A stretch of 64,000 nt of DNA from NCBI RefSeq assembly GCF_009914755.1, contig NC_060931.1; one strand, 5' to 3'. This DNA is from the human T2T-CHM13v2.0 reference genome, Homo sapiens. The notes under the pieces were generated by a model. It saw nothing but the letters and a program-made list of their open reading frames with translations. It ran no database searches and was not told the origin of the DNA. A program made the translations under genes and the position numbers. Positions 27,976 through 44,226 of the stretch are shown here, one piece after another (position 1 is the stretch's first letter; every line of letters starts with the position of its first letter).

Positions 27976-28723
27976 TGTGTTCAGAATTGGTTCCTTCTAG
28001 TGGGTTCTCGGTCTCACTGACTTCAAGAATGAAGCTGCGGACCCTCACAATGAGTGTTACAGTTCTTAAAGATGGTGTGCCCGGAGTTTGTTCCTTCAGA
28101 TGTTCAGATGTGTCCAGAGTTTCTTCCTTCTGGTGGGTTTGTGGTCTTGCTGACTTTAGGAGTGAAGCTGCAGACCTTCTCAGTGAGTGTTACAGCTCTT
28201 AAAGATGGCACATCCAGAATTATTTGTTCCTCCTGGTGGGTTCGTGGTTATGAAGATCTTCACAGCTCATAAAGGTACTGTGGATCCAAAGAGTGAGCAG
28301 CAGCAAGATTTATTGCGAAAAGCAAGAGAACAAACAACAATGCTTCCACAGTGTGGAAGGGTGGCTTGGGTGGCCTGCTTTTATTCCCTTATTTGGCCCC
28401 ACCCATGTCCTGCTGATTGGTCCATTTTACAGAGCGCTGATTGGTCCGTTTTTACAGAATGCTGATTGGTGCATTTACAAATCTTTAGCCAGACACAGAG
28501 TGCTGACTGGCGCGTTTTTAGAGAGTGCTGATTGGTGCATTTACAAACCTTTAGCTAGACACAGAGTGCTGATTGGTGCATTTTTACAGAGTGCTGATTG
28601 GTGCATTTACAAACCTTTAGCTAGACACAGAGCGCTGATTGGTGCATTTACAATCCTTTAGCTAGAAAGAAAAGTTCTCCAAGTCTCCACCCAACCCAGA
28701 AGCCCAGCCAGCTTCACCTCTCA
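27976..28723 (-). mobile_element. LTR12-family (HERV9) solo LTR
   Basis: Minus strand starts TGAGAGGTGAAGC and ends AATTCTGAACACA. Tandem CCAAT-containing U3 repeats. 4-bp TSD-like ACAT/GCAT. Confidence 0.93.
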
Positions 28724-29689
28724 GCATGACTTTTAAAACTTGCTTTACAAAAGGATTCTTCATCTGAAAGATTCCTTTAATGAGCAACTTACCCTAATAC
28801 ACTCAAATTTTAAAAATTATATCTAGATTTTCAGAAAATGTCTATGGTTTAAATGAGAAAAGAACTAAAAAAGTAATACCAGTTAATCAGTTTTAAAATG
28901 ATAGGATGAATAGACCAATTTAACATGTTTATAATTATTAGCATATTGGTTTAAGAATATATGGTACATTGTACATATTTATTTGCAGATAACACATATC
29001 AACTAGGAAAAAAGAAGCGTGACCATAGAAAATGTAAGTTCTGCAAAAGTAAACCTTGTTGGGAGGTACTGCACTGTCGCCATAGAGTCGAGTCGAGTAC
29101 TATTGTTGGCTATTTTTATCACTGGTCCGTTAGAAAGTATAAATGCATACCTATAACTCCAGGAAAATCTTCTTTATGGTTACTACAAAGATAATATTTT
29201 ATTTAGAGAACTTCTCCTTTCAAAATGAGCTGTTACTCTTCCTGGCATTTTAAATCCCGCCTCTCACATGCCCATATACACACCTCTATTTTTGAAGAAG
29301 TGTCTTCTTAATTTTTTTAAAAAAAGATTCTTACTCTGATACTATAAAGTTTAATTTAAAACATTAAAATAAATTGCAATCGTATTACAACATAGGCACA
29401 CTGAAGTCATGACCTTGATTTTGACAGTATAGATCAGATTTGTGTATCCATTTACTGATGTTGTCATCTGTCTCTCTGTTTATTATGGATCACATTGGAA
29501 AGCTCTGTAAAGTACAACAGACTTTCTTCAATATTTTATTGAGAAATATTTCATTATTTGACTTCCATTTAATTTGTCTCTTAAATATGCATAAGCTCTT
29601 TGGTCACAATATATTGCCTCTCCATAGGATTTATGTCCTTTAACATTATAAGATAAATATACTTTCTCAAAAAAAAAAAAAAACAAATA

Positions 29690-29915
29690 TACTTAAGTAC
29701 TTTATCATTATATGATAAAGTCTATAAAGTATCCTTTAACATTACATGAAATAAGTACATTACATTAAATAAGTACATTTATCATGTAATGTTAAAGGAT
29801 ACAGACTTTTATCATATGATACTTAAGTACATTTATCATATAATGTTAAAGGATACTTTATATACCTCATCATATAATGATACTTTATATTCTTTATCCT
29901 TTATGTAGTTTATCA
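29690..29915. repeat. AT-rich nested inverted/direct repeat cluster
   Basis: Perfect 21-bp IR (29729-29749 vs 29782-29802), perfect 22-bp IR (29723-29744 vs 29841-29862), 9-bp-stem hairpin 29700-29720. Confidence 0.85.
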
Positions 29916-30399
29916 TTATATGATGTGTGTATACACACACACACACTCTCACACATACACCAGGGTATAGGTGGTCTAGGCATATGACACATTTATAAAA
30001 AATATATATATTTAACTCTTTTAGTCTCCCAATTTCATGTAAGGCTCTTTAATCCCATAGCCATCTCTTGTCTTTATTCTTTTAGCAATTCCTTCCTTGT
30101 CAGTCTTTTTTTTAAATTGTGGGTAATTATTTTATAAAAGCAAAATACTATAAGAGTACCTGCAAATTCATTTCTTTTAATGAAGAAAGTAGCCTTTGGC
30201 AACACTTTAAACAATTACTGGCTAAATACTGCACTGGTTAACAATTTGAAGATTTGAATATTGCATTTTTTTTAATCTTCTAAGATTGCTGTATATTTTG
30301 ATGGACAAAACAAATGTCGTCTTCTTTTAAAGCTTAACATTTCCCCCATATTTAGACTTCAAAAGAAATTTCTTCACCACTCAGTTTCATTTTAAAATA

Positions 30400-30631
30400 A
30401 CTGTATATATACATAAAAATGATAAAAATACATATACAAAGTGGATATATATATAAAGGGGGTATATATAAAAGGGATATATATATATATAAGGGAGATA
30501 TATATAAAAGGGACATATATATAGGGGATATGTATATAAAGGGAATATATTTATATAAAAGAGATATATATAAAGGTATATATACACATATTGTATATAT
30601 ATACACATATTATATATATATGTGTATATTT

Positions 30632-30662
<31 letters not shown>
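30400..30662. repeat. TA-rich minisatellite/low-complexity tract
   Basis: Units such as TATATATAAAAGGGA followed by pure (TA)n. Confidence 0.9.
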
Positions 30663-31046
30663 GGGAGTTTATTAAGTATTAACTCACAGAATCATAAGGT
30701 CTCACAATAGTTCATCTGCAGGCCGAGGCGCAAGGAGAGCCATTCCAAGTTCCAAAATTGAAGAACCTGGAGTCTGATGTTCAAGGGCAGGAAGCATCCA
30801 GCAAGGGAGAAAGATGTAGGCTGGGAGGCTAGGCCAGTCTCTTTTCACATTTTTTGGCCTGCTTATATTCTAGCCGTGCTGGCAGCTGATTAGATGGTGC
30901 CCACCCAGATTAAGGGTGGGTCTGCCTTTCCCAGCCCACTGACTCAAATATTAATCTCCTTTGACAACACCCTCACAGACACACCCAGGATCAATATTTT
31001 GTATCCTTCAATCCAATTAAGTTGACACTCAGTTTTAACCATCACA
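30662..31046 (-). mobile_element. MLT2A1/A2 (ERVL) LTR, 3' tip not visible
   Basis: Minus strand starts TGTGATGGTTAAAACTGAGTGTCAAC...GGATACAAAATATTGATCCTGGGTGTGTCTGTGAGGG. Confidence 0.88.
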
Positions 31047-31285
31047 CTAAGGAAACACAGCTGCATGAAACATAGGGAAGACAGAAAGCTGTACTAACCA
31101 TCTCCACCCCACTTCACTCCTGTCACACAGCTACGTGTAAGGAATCTGGCTTGGGGAATTAGTCACAGGTCGTCATCATCTAGCCCTGCCACATCCTCTG
31201 GGATGTTCTCCCTCCAGGCAGGCCATGGCCATGTCTCAACAATAGTTTCAGAGGCTCTGAATGATGTCAGCGTCACTTAGGAGGG

Positions 31286-32010
31286 ATTATAGGATAAGTT
31301 GTGTCCCCCCAAAAGATATGTTGAAGTCCTAACCCCCTTGTACCTGTGAATGTGACCTTATTTGGAAATACGGTCTTTGCAGATGTCATTCATTTAAAAT
31401 GGGGTCATTAGGTTGGTTGTTAATCCAATATGACTGGTACTTTTAAAAGAAGAAGGCAATGTGAAGACAGATGCAGAGATTGGACTCAGGCTGCCATAAA
31501 CCAAGGAATACCTGTGGTTACCAGAAGCTCAGAGAGACAACAAAGGATCATCCTCCAAAGCAGGGGTCCCCAGCCCCTTGACTGCAGACCGATTGAGGTC
31601 CCAAGCTCAACTGCCTGAGCTTGCCTCCTGTCAGATCAGGGGCAGCATTAGATTTTCATAGGAGCGGGAACCATACTGTGAACTGAGCTTGCGAGGGAAC
31701 TAGGTCGTGCTCGCCTTATGAGAATCTAACCAATGCCTGATGATCTGAGGTAGAACAGTTTCATCTCGAAACCATCCCCCACCACCCTCCCCCCACACTC
31801 CCCTTTCATGGAAAAATTGTTGTCCTCGAAACCATCCCTGGGGCCAAAAAGATTGGGGATCACTGTTCCAGAGGGTTTGCAAGGGGCATGGCCCTACTAA
31901 CATCTTGTTTTGGGACCTGTAACCTCAGATCTTTGAGAGAATGCATTTCTGTTGTTTTAAGTCACTCAGATTGTGGTACTTTGTTAGGATAGCCCTAAGA
32001 ATTTAATAAA
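31286..32010 (+). mobile_element. MLT1 (MLT1C-like, MaLR) LTR interrupted by MER1B
   Basis: GTGTCCCCCCAAAAGATATGTTGAAGTCCTAACCCC...TGTGACCTTATTTGGAAATA; 3' part TTTCTGTTGTTTTAAG...GTGGTACTTTGTTA. Confidence 0.82.
31561..31865. mobile_element. MER1B (hAT-Charlie)
   Basis: TIR-like ends CAGGGGTCCCC/GGGGATCACTG; 8-bp TSD-like CTCCAAAG/TTCCAGAG. Confidence 0.85.
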
Positions 32011-32471
32011 TGTTAATTTTCTGCCCCCAGTCCCTGTATTATAATATCATCTTTCCCCTGGATCATAATACTATAAATTAACACTGTTCTCACAGAATGG
32101 AAAAATTCTCTTTCTTCTGAGCTTCAGACTCCCGACTTGTCAAATGTTATCAATAATGTTTTCCTTTCATAATTGTGTAGCTTAAGCCAAATAAGAAACA
32201 TGAAGTATCTGACGTATAATAGGAGTCAATGATTCTTTAACTCCCTACTTCAATAATTTTTAACAACATTTTCTGATTAAATATCACCTTAAATTTCTCA
32301 ATTTCATATTTGTTAGTAAAATTCCTTCAAGATGTGTACTGTCTTCAAATATTTTATTTAAAACTGAAGACTTACACATATCTATTAGACATTGGTATGA
32401 ACTTATCTTAACACATAAATATATATGGTTATATAAATACATTTGGGTAAATACAGTTACATATATATCTT

Positions 32472-32835
32472 TGAGATGGTTAATTTTATTCTCAACTTGG
32501 CTGGGCCCCATGTCCCAGCAATTTGAATAAACATTATTCTAGACGTTTCTATGCAGGATTTTGCATGAGATCAAAATCAGTACATTTAAGTTGGTGGCTT
32601 TTGAGTAAAGCAGATTTTCCACTATAATGTGGTTAGGTGTGAGTCAATCCTTTGAAGGCCACTATAGAACAAAAAGACTGACCTGTTCTGAACAAGAAGG
32701 AATTCCGCAGCAGACCTGAAATGTAATGTTTAGTCCTCCCTGGGTTTCCAGGCTGCCAGCCCACCCTGAAGATTTTGGATTTGTCAAGCCTCCATAACTG
32801 CCTGAACCAATTCCTTAAAATGAATCTCTTTACAC
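32472..32835 (+). mobile_element. MLT2 (MLT2D-like, ERVL) LTR
   Basis: TGAGATGGTTAATTTTAT..TCAACTTGGCTGGGCC...GAGTAAAGCAGATT...CCAATTCCTTAAAAT. Confidence 0.75.
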
Positions 32836-34665
<1,830 letters not shown>

Positions 34666-35889
34666 GGTTGTTTTGGAAGGTAGCATCAATCTAAAAAATC
34701 TAAATAGTAGAGATGGGCTTACAATGAAAAATAATATTTTCTGGCCATTGGATCCTTTCCTCTAGTCCTGTTCTCCACTTTTAAACATTTATAATGGTCT
34801 ATATTAATATTTCTTAATTTTAGAGATTATCTTTGATGTTCATGGAATTATAGGTGGAAGTAGAGACCTCATATAACATTTGCTGTTGATCGTCTCTCCC
34901 TGTGAGAGATTATTTATTTGTTTAGTTTTTTGTTATAAATAATATTCTTACACTTTTATTTCATCAACAATAAACAAAATTTCTTGAATACACATTTTAT
35001 AGGATGTGTATATTATTACTACCCACAACTTCTTCAGCTCTTATCAAACTTCCTCTCGTTAGTAGCTAGAATATTTTATCATGTGTTGTCAAAATTAGTT
35101 ACATTTTATTTCATTTTGTAGCCAAAATTAACCCTTCTGTTGTTTTCTATAGCTAGTTTATAAAATTGAAAAGCAGTAAGAAGTACTGTTATGTCCATCT
35201 AAATGATGTCTATGTGGAACCAAGGGGTAGGCTGTGATAACATTTTCTTTCCTATCTAGTGCTATTCATTTCATCAATTTACTTTTTTCCTTTTTCTCTG
35301 CAATATAAAGGTGACTATCTTTTTTTTCCTTGTAGCTGATATCATGTTTCATGTTTTTCAGAATTCTCAAAAATAACAAACCTGTGATATCCCCCTTTTT
35401 TTTTCCCTCCTGAAATGATTCTTTTCTCTAACATTCATTCTTCTGCTTTGATCTGGGCTGATTATTCTATAAACCAAGTGGTACAATTCTACATGACTGT
35501 TGAGGGTTAGATTCTCCATTTTCCTTATTCAGTATGTCTATCTTCCTCTTTTTGTATATTTGTATACTCCCTGTTTTCTTCTGGAATGCATATTTCAGAA
35601 GCTTCCTAAGAAAGGCTGTGTGGAAAGTAATATTAAAATATCTTAATTTTGTGCCAGTGACTACTTAGTCCACCATTCTCTCCACACAGTCCAAGATGAA
35701 GATTGGTTAACTTTGAAGACATTGTAGCATTTTATTCTAGGATCCCATTTTGTTGTTAGGTAGTCTGATTCCAGTTTGATTACTATTCCTTTCTAGTTGA
35801 CCAGTTCACCCTCTCCTTTAGGAATTCCTCTTTGTCATTGTGGTATTGAAGTTTCATAATACTTTGTTAAATGCATATCTTAAAAAAAA

Positions 35890-36085
35890 CAGGAAGGAAA
35901 GCAAATTTTATTATGAGATCACATGTGTACAGGAGTAATACAAAATATAAAAACTCAAAGAAATGGCCAGATGGTTGATGCTTTTATACCCTATTGAGGT
36001 TACAGTAAGAATAGGAGCTGAGAGCATGCAAAACAGGTTATGGTGGCGAAAAAGGTTATGGGAGGAGGAGGAGAAGAGGAATAGT
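35890..36085. mobile_element. LTR fragment (ERV1-like, family uncertain)
   Basis: AAAACTCAAAGAAATGGCCAGATGGTTGATGCTTTTATACC resembles MER-type LTR sequence. Confidence 0.4.
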
Positions 36086-36295
36086 AAATGTGTATCTCTG
36101 CAAATACGGTGTTGAGAACTGGATTAGACCTTTTCATCTGTAAACTTGTGCCTGTATCTCTCAGAAGTGATTCTCTATTAATTCCTTTTGAATTATTTTC
36201 CTTGTATTTTCTCTCTTCCAGCTTTCCAGAACTTTTTAATTCATTTAATGTTAAGTCCCCAGAATTGATCTTCTATGTATTTTATTTATTTTTTA

Positions 36296-36610
<315 letters not shown>

Positions 36611-37029
36611 CTAAATTTCTTAATGAATTATTTGAGGAACAATTAATTATTAATTTTTAAGAGATACTTTTTGTTCTGTAATGATTTATTTGTCATAGAA
36701 TCATATTCTTATGTATAATTTGTATTCTTCTTAAAAACTCTAATGACCCCTACTATATTTGTGAATGTTTCCTAGGGGTCATTTATTTGTTTCATCTGAC
36801 TTTTTCATGTTTCAGACTTCTCTCAACTGTCCTGTGAACTTCATTTATGCATTTACGTGGGTTCATGACTTGAGGTTTCTGAAGTGTGAGGCACGGGATT
36901 GCCAGACTTAGGATTCGGTCAAAGGGCCAGGTTGCTAAACATTTGGCTCCCTAAATATCAGTATATTGATGGTCTTATTTGGGGGTGGCTATTTCTACAC
37001 ACTCAACTACCCTTAAAAGATTAATTTTT

Positions 37030-37331
<302 letters not shown>

Positions 37332-38130
37332 TTAATTTTTGACTATCGGGTAAAAAGGCTGTCTTCTGACTGTTCTGTATTCAGTCCTGAGAAATGGAGT
37401 AGGCCGCTCCTTCCCTCTACCTGCTTTAAATGCATTTCCCACCTTTTGTAGTGGCTGGTGCTTCCAGGCCTGGACCTTGCTGTGGTTTTGCAGTACATAT
37501 TGACTCTCTTCTCACCAGCTGCTGCCTTCTCTTCATGTCCCCTGGGCCACAGATTTTCCTATCCTGTTGGAACAGTACCACTTTACCATCTGCTTTCTGC
37601 CTTCTAGAAACATGTTAAAAGCTTGGGAATAGCCCCATTCTACTCACTTCATTGTTGCAAATTCATACTCTTTACAAAACTCTTTAATATTGCTTTAATA
37701 TACAGTTAAGTAGATAAAGATATAAATTCAAATGTTCCATCACTATTTTGAACAAAGCCTTCCCTTCTCCCCTTCAATTAGCACTTGATTCCCACTGCCC
37801 TCCTCCCTACTGTATTTTGTTTGAAATTACTGTTGCTCTATCCCACCTCAACATTGGTAAACATTTTGTTTTGCATTGGGAAGATTTGCTCACCAGGAAA
37901 AACATAATGCTCATATAATTGCTCCCCAAAGACCACGCTTATTAGACTCTGGCTGGGCTAAGAATTCACTACATGTGAGAAACTAGACAATTCTAAAAAC
38001 GAAATACATTATATGTGATATGGAAAAGACTGGCTATCTTCCCTCATTTAACTTCTGGCCTTAATTTCTCATCTGTAGAATTAAAGAAAAAAAATTATAC
38101 ATAAACCGTGTGTTAAAGTTTGTCCCTCAA

Positions 38131-38431
<301 letters not shown>

Positions 38432-39877
38432 ATTGTCTTTCAAAATTTTAAATAACCTCTCATTAGTATAATCAGATAACAATATTACGTATTTTATATT
38501 TTTAGATATTTTATAGAGGGCATTTTCAAGGCATTCTATAAAATATTTGCAGAAATTGTTTTGGTCTAGGGATGAAAAAGAATATTTTGGAATTTGCCCT
38601 CATGATTTTTCCCATTTAATGCCACTTATGAGCTTTATTATATATTATATGTTTTTACTTAGTAATATATAATAAATAATATACATATTAAACATTTTCT
38701 TATAAATTTTTATGCATTCAGGAGTCTTGAACACTATGAGTCTTCATCCTCTTGTAAGTCACTACATCTTCTTGTAAGGATTGTTTTTATCAACAGACAG
38801 TATAATTACCTTTTCATATGGAGTGGATCGTTGACTTCAATGACATTTTAATGGATCTTAAGTGGATCCTGACCCTGACCTTATCTTATTTGTGTGTGAC
38901 TTTCCATAAACCATTAGGCGTATGTTCTTTATTCACTTAAGTTGTGTGAAACAAACCTGGTACATTACTCACTTGCCTTTTATTCCTTTTGTTATGTGAT
39001 AAAACAATATTTGTAAATCGCTCTAACTCATGTATTAATAACATGATTAGGTAGTTATTTTTAATTATAGACTAAAAAATTGGGTAAGCCAAGTTTGGAT
39101 CAGTGCTTTTGAGCTTAACACTCAAAATGATGCCATTTCCAATGTCAGGAATGGCCTCTGTCTAATGTATGGTCATTTCAGTGATGTCTAGGACACCTTG
39201 TCTTTCTCCACTGAAGGTATTTATAGAATTTCCTTATACGACTAACTGGTCTGTTGGAACTACTTATTGTAAAAACCTAGCCATCTTTATTTCTGCATGT
39301 AACATAAAAAATTAAAAGCAAATACATTAAAGAAGATAATTTATAATCATGTATTTTGGTTATAATTAATGTAATTTTATACAAATTATAAATAGATACT
39401 TTCCTTAAACCAAAAGATTTCTTTAATTTTTCTTCTCAGAGGAACCAGTATTATCTTCTCTAAAACAGTTTTCTACTTGATTAAACTAAAATCTGGTAAA
39501 ACCACCTTTTATCTCTAAATAATCTGCAATATTTAGAATTCTAGAATTAGAAAGGATCTTTAAGATGATTTTGTCTAATTTATTCATTATACCTATAGAA
39601 ACTGAGGCTCAGAATAGTTGGTGATTGTTAGGGAATCAAAATTAATAGGCAGCAGAATCTCAAAGAGAACCGGTACCTGTTGGTCACCAGACCAGGGCTC
39701 TTTCAGTTGTTACTTTATGTCCACCACACTTCTATACCTTAGAGAATCAGATTGCCATTCTTCATTGGTTCAGAGAACTGATATGAATGAGTACATGTAG
39801 CAAAAGCTATTGTCATTTATCATTGTACAGGAATTTGTGAAGTCCTGGCATTATAGAATGAGAAGCATCTAGGAGGC

Positions 39878-40150
39878 TAGCTAATCTAATGCATCTGTAC
39901 CCTAATACTGTGTATGTAATGTATATTACATAGGCATATGTATATGATTAGCTAATCTAATGCATCTGTACCCTAATACTGTGTATGTTATGTATATTAC
40001 ATAGGCATATGTATATTACATATAAATTACATATGTTATGTATATGTAATTACATACATAATTACATTATGTATATTACATATGTTATGTATATTACATA
40101 TGTATATGTGTGTACCTATGTAATATACATATATTACACATATATATATC
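39878..40150. repeat. 71-bp-period tandem duplication running into TA-rich low complexity
   Basis: 39878-39945 vs 39949-40016, 67/68 identical. Confidence 0.9.
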
Positions 40151-40657
40151 TCTGTATGACTTTTTTATTCCCGTTTGTATACCATATATATTTTTTAATC
40201 TTGACTTTTTCATTAAATTCAAACTATAGAGTGCTTATCATGTAAAAGATGCTTGGCACTTTACATATATTACCTAATTTCATTTTCACAATAATCCTGA
40301 GAAGTTTTCTTATGCCCAATTATACACCGTGAAACAATGTTAAGAAAAAGTTTCTGAAAGAGTGAACATTTCACTTCATATCCCACAGAGCGAGGATTCA
40401 AATTCAAGTCTGTCTTTCTCCACAATAGCTTGTATTGTTAACCATAATTTTCTCTGGCTTTTCACACTACTGTTCTTCAAAACTGCCATGCTTGTTCTCA
40501 CTTTAGAGTCTTCAACCTAACGAGTCTATCTAGGAATGCTCTGCCTTCCATCCTGCCATGATTCACACCTTCTACAAATTGAGATCGCAGCTGACATATC
40601 AGTTCTTCAGAGAGTTGTTTCTTGTTCATTTTTTTATTCATCATCTATCTATATTAC

Positions 40658-40661
<4 letters not shown>

Positions 40662-40701
<40 letters not shown>
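40662..40701. repeat. (TATC)10 tetranucleotide STR
   Basis: Ten perfect units. Confidence 0.97.
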
Positions 40702-40703
<2 letters not shown>

Positions 40704-41029
40704 CTACTGTCCTTTCTCTCTACTAGAATGCAAATTTCATAAATGTGTTTCCTTTACCACTATAATATCCATTAGTCCAATACCTGGCATGGATTAGCTC
40801 TTGAAAAGTATGACTTGAATTAATTAATTGATTTACACAATTTACATACAGACTGTCCAGCATTTTCTACTTTGTTATCATCTTATCATAGGTGTCAACA
40901 ATTTAAAAAAAAATAATTTTTTCAGTTATAGCATATTATTTAGTTCAGGGGATGCATTATAATTTATTTAATCTTGCTCTATTTCTAAATTTTTAAAATA
41001 TTTGCTTTCAACTTTTTGTTACTCTACGT

Positions 41030-41580
<551 letters not shown>

Positions 41581-41989
41581 TTATGCTGCAATAAATACCT
41601 TTAGGTGTAAGGTTCTTTCCATATTTAAAGGTATTTCTAAGGGTTAAAATCTCAGACTCATTTTATAGATGGAAAATCAGAGGCTTAAAGAGTAAATTAC
41701 TTTGCCTAAGGCTATACACTTGTGAGGTAGAAAAGTTGGAATTTTATCCTCAGTCAGTATGAAGTCAGGGCCTTGTGTTTCAGCACTATGTTTCAGGACC
41801 CCTAAATAAAGGTCCCATATACTATGGTGCCAGACAATAGTATCTCAATTCTTGATTCCCCCTTTACCCTATTTCCCCTCCTTTCTTTAAGGATTTCTTT
41901 GCTCCATCCTGCCTTCCAGTAACCTTTCATTTTTATCTCTCTTGGAGATTCATCTTTTCCCTGTCTCCTCATTTTACTCACCCCTCCCT

Positions 41990-42300
41990 TTGTTGTAGGT
42001 TTAGTACAAGCTGACCCTGAGCCAAGGATGTATGTGTAACCAATTTATTAAGGAAATTCCTCTAGGGCATGCAGGTTAGGGAGTTGGAAAAAGCAGAAGA
42101 AAGAAGGGAAGTAAGCCAAGCAATAGTGCAGGTGCAGAGGCATGCATCCTGTAGAGAAGAACTTTAGCCTGACTTTTCAGGGAGCTCTGGAGTGTGTGTC
42201 ACACCTTAGAGTTGCCCCAACTAGAGGCAAGAGAGCTGTTTTCATAGCATCATACACTCTTGTGTCATTGTTATAGGATAGGAGAGAGAATATACACGAA
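41990..42300. mobile_element. Old ERVL LTR (LTR16/LTR33-like)
   Basis: AAGCTGACCCTGAGCCAAGGAT...TTTATT...CAGGGAGCTCTGGAGTGT motifs. Confidence 0.45.
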
Positions 42301-44226
42301 ACATTTAACATCCCTCCCTCCACACACAGAAATAACAAAAAAGGATAATAAGGGATTTGTGAAGAGCTCCCATATTGCTCACCACATACTTCTCAGTTAT
42401 TGTGTTATCGCCACCATGAAATTTGCCATCTGCTGTTTTCTGTTGCTGTAACTGCTCTGCTAGGTCCCAGCTAATAAATAAGGAACACTGAAGCTGAATA
42501 TAAATAATGGTTCTGGGAACCAAAGTTCTGAGACAGTCTCCTTATAGACCTCTTCGGTTTTTAACCCAAAAGGAAAAAAATGCAGGGTGCTCATGTTTGT
42601 GGAAATTCATTAACACTTTAAGAGATCTCTGGATCAAAAGTAACCTCTTAGGGAATGTGCATTTCAAGGCCCTGTCTTACCCCAAACTGGAATTTTTGGC
42701 CCGAGGAAAATAGCAAATTATCTCACTTAGGGACAGCTGGTGTCCTCACGGAGGTTTAAATTTAACTTAGCAGCTAGAAGCTAGTCATCTTTAGATTCAG
42801 AAATACGAATTCATTGCAATAAGGAGTTCACCAAGGGCAGGCCGAAAGGACAAAGCAAAGACAAGTACAGTCTTATTTCAGTGCCATAAAGGAATTGTCA
42901 TATGACCCTTGACACACAAATTCCACAACTGAAGATCATGCAACTATTGCCCAATAAATTTAAACAGAGTGATTGCACTTAGCCTTAATTGTCCAGTTTC
43001 TGTTTTTGAAAAAAAGGCAATGAGTAACACAATGTTTCATAACCAGGAAAGAAGTTTTTGAATTTCTTTATATCACAGATAGTGAACACAATCTAAAAAT
43101 AAATATTAAATAATCAAAATCCCAATGTAAAATATATATCTATCTGTATATATTATCACATGGAGGGAAAATTTGCACCACTAATATAAATGCTATTTAT
43201 TAGGCATTGCTTTTCTATAGATTTTCATCCACTCTTTCATTCTTCTGCTCTATTCCTTGGTCACCTTCCTTCCATCTCTTTTCTTTCCCCTTTTTTCCAT
43301 CTTCAATTTAGTGTTTGTTTCTTAAGAAACAAGTTTACATATTTCTTAGTTCTCTGTCAACAGAACCTTTCTCACTTTTCAACTGCAAAAATCAAGGTAT
43401 TTTTCTAAAGAATCCATCAAAATAGGAGTTCTAATGTCCACTGATTAAATAATAATTCTTCGCAAGGTGCTTCAAATGCATTGACATATTTGAGAAAGTT
43501 ATTGCAGACAGATAGCAAATTTATTCCCCTCTTAATATGTTAGTACTAACAAACAACTCAAGTCAGTTTGTACAATCAGATTGCTATTTAGAAGTTTCAG
43601 TTCTAACTAAAAGGCTGTTTTTCATCTTCACCAAACACTGGCTAGTCAGCAACTCCTGCCAGCATTCTCATAGCTGCCCCAGACAGCCAGTTGCAGGAAC
43701 TCTGGCTGAGTCATGTCTCTGCTCAGCTACTCAGTAATGAAATATCCCTAGGGACATTCCTAAGACATGTCAGAGATGTGTTTCTAGTCTCCACCTATTT
43801 CTTTGTCGTGCCCCAAGCTGTGCCCACATTAGTGGAATTTCCAGTGCATTGCCATGCTCAGTAGGCCAAAGAGAAAAGTCTGCAGAATTGCTACTTAATA
43901 TTACTTAATAAATCAGTAACAGAAGCAATGAATGGAATGGAATGCAAAATTCTTGGCTCTTAGCCTTAGATAGAACCACTTCCTTCCTATGAGCAAATAG
44001 TGGTTCATAGGTTAGCTTGGGGAGGGCTACTTCAAAGGGATAGTGTCTAAGTAGTCAATTTTGCTTGAATAAATTATGGAAAATACAGTTTTCAAGAGGA
44101 GAGGCTATGCTACTTTTTTCCCTTTTGGAATACTGGGTATATCCTAGGTAATAGAGAGTCAGTGAACAAATCTTTGCTGATGCTAATAGTTAAACAAAAT
44201 GATTCAAATAGTTACTGAGCAAACAT

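Noticed and set aside
28400-28670. Repeat-spacer-like array (GCTGATTGGTGCATTT...) resembling CRISPR
   Set aside because: These are the U3 tandem repeats of LTR12; the spacers are themselves repeated, and there are no cas genes in this eukaryotic DNA.
30352-30682. Tyr/Ile-rich ORFs (also at 33033-33499 and 39985-40245)
   Set aside because: Translations of TA/CA microsatellites.
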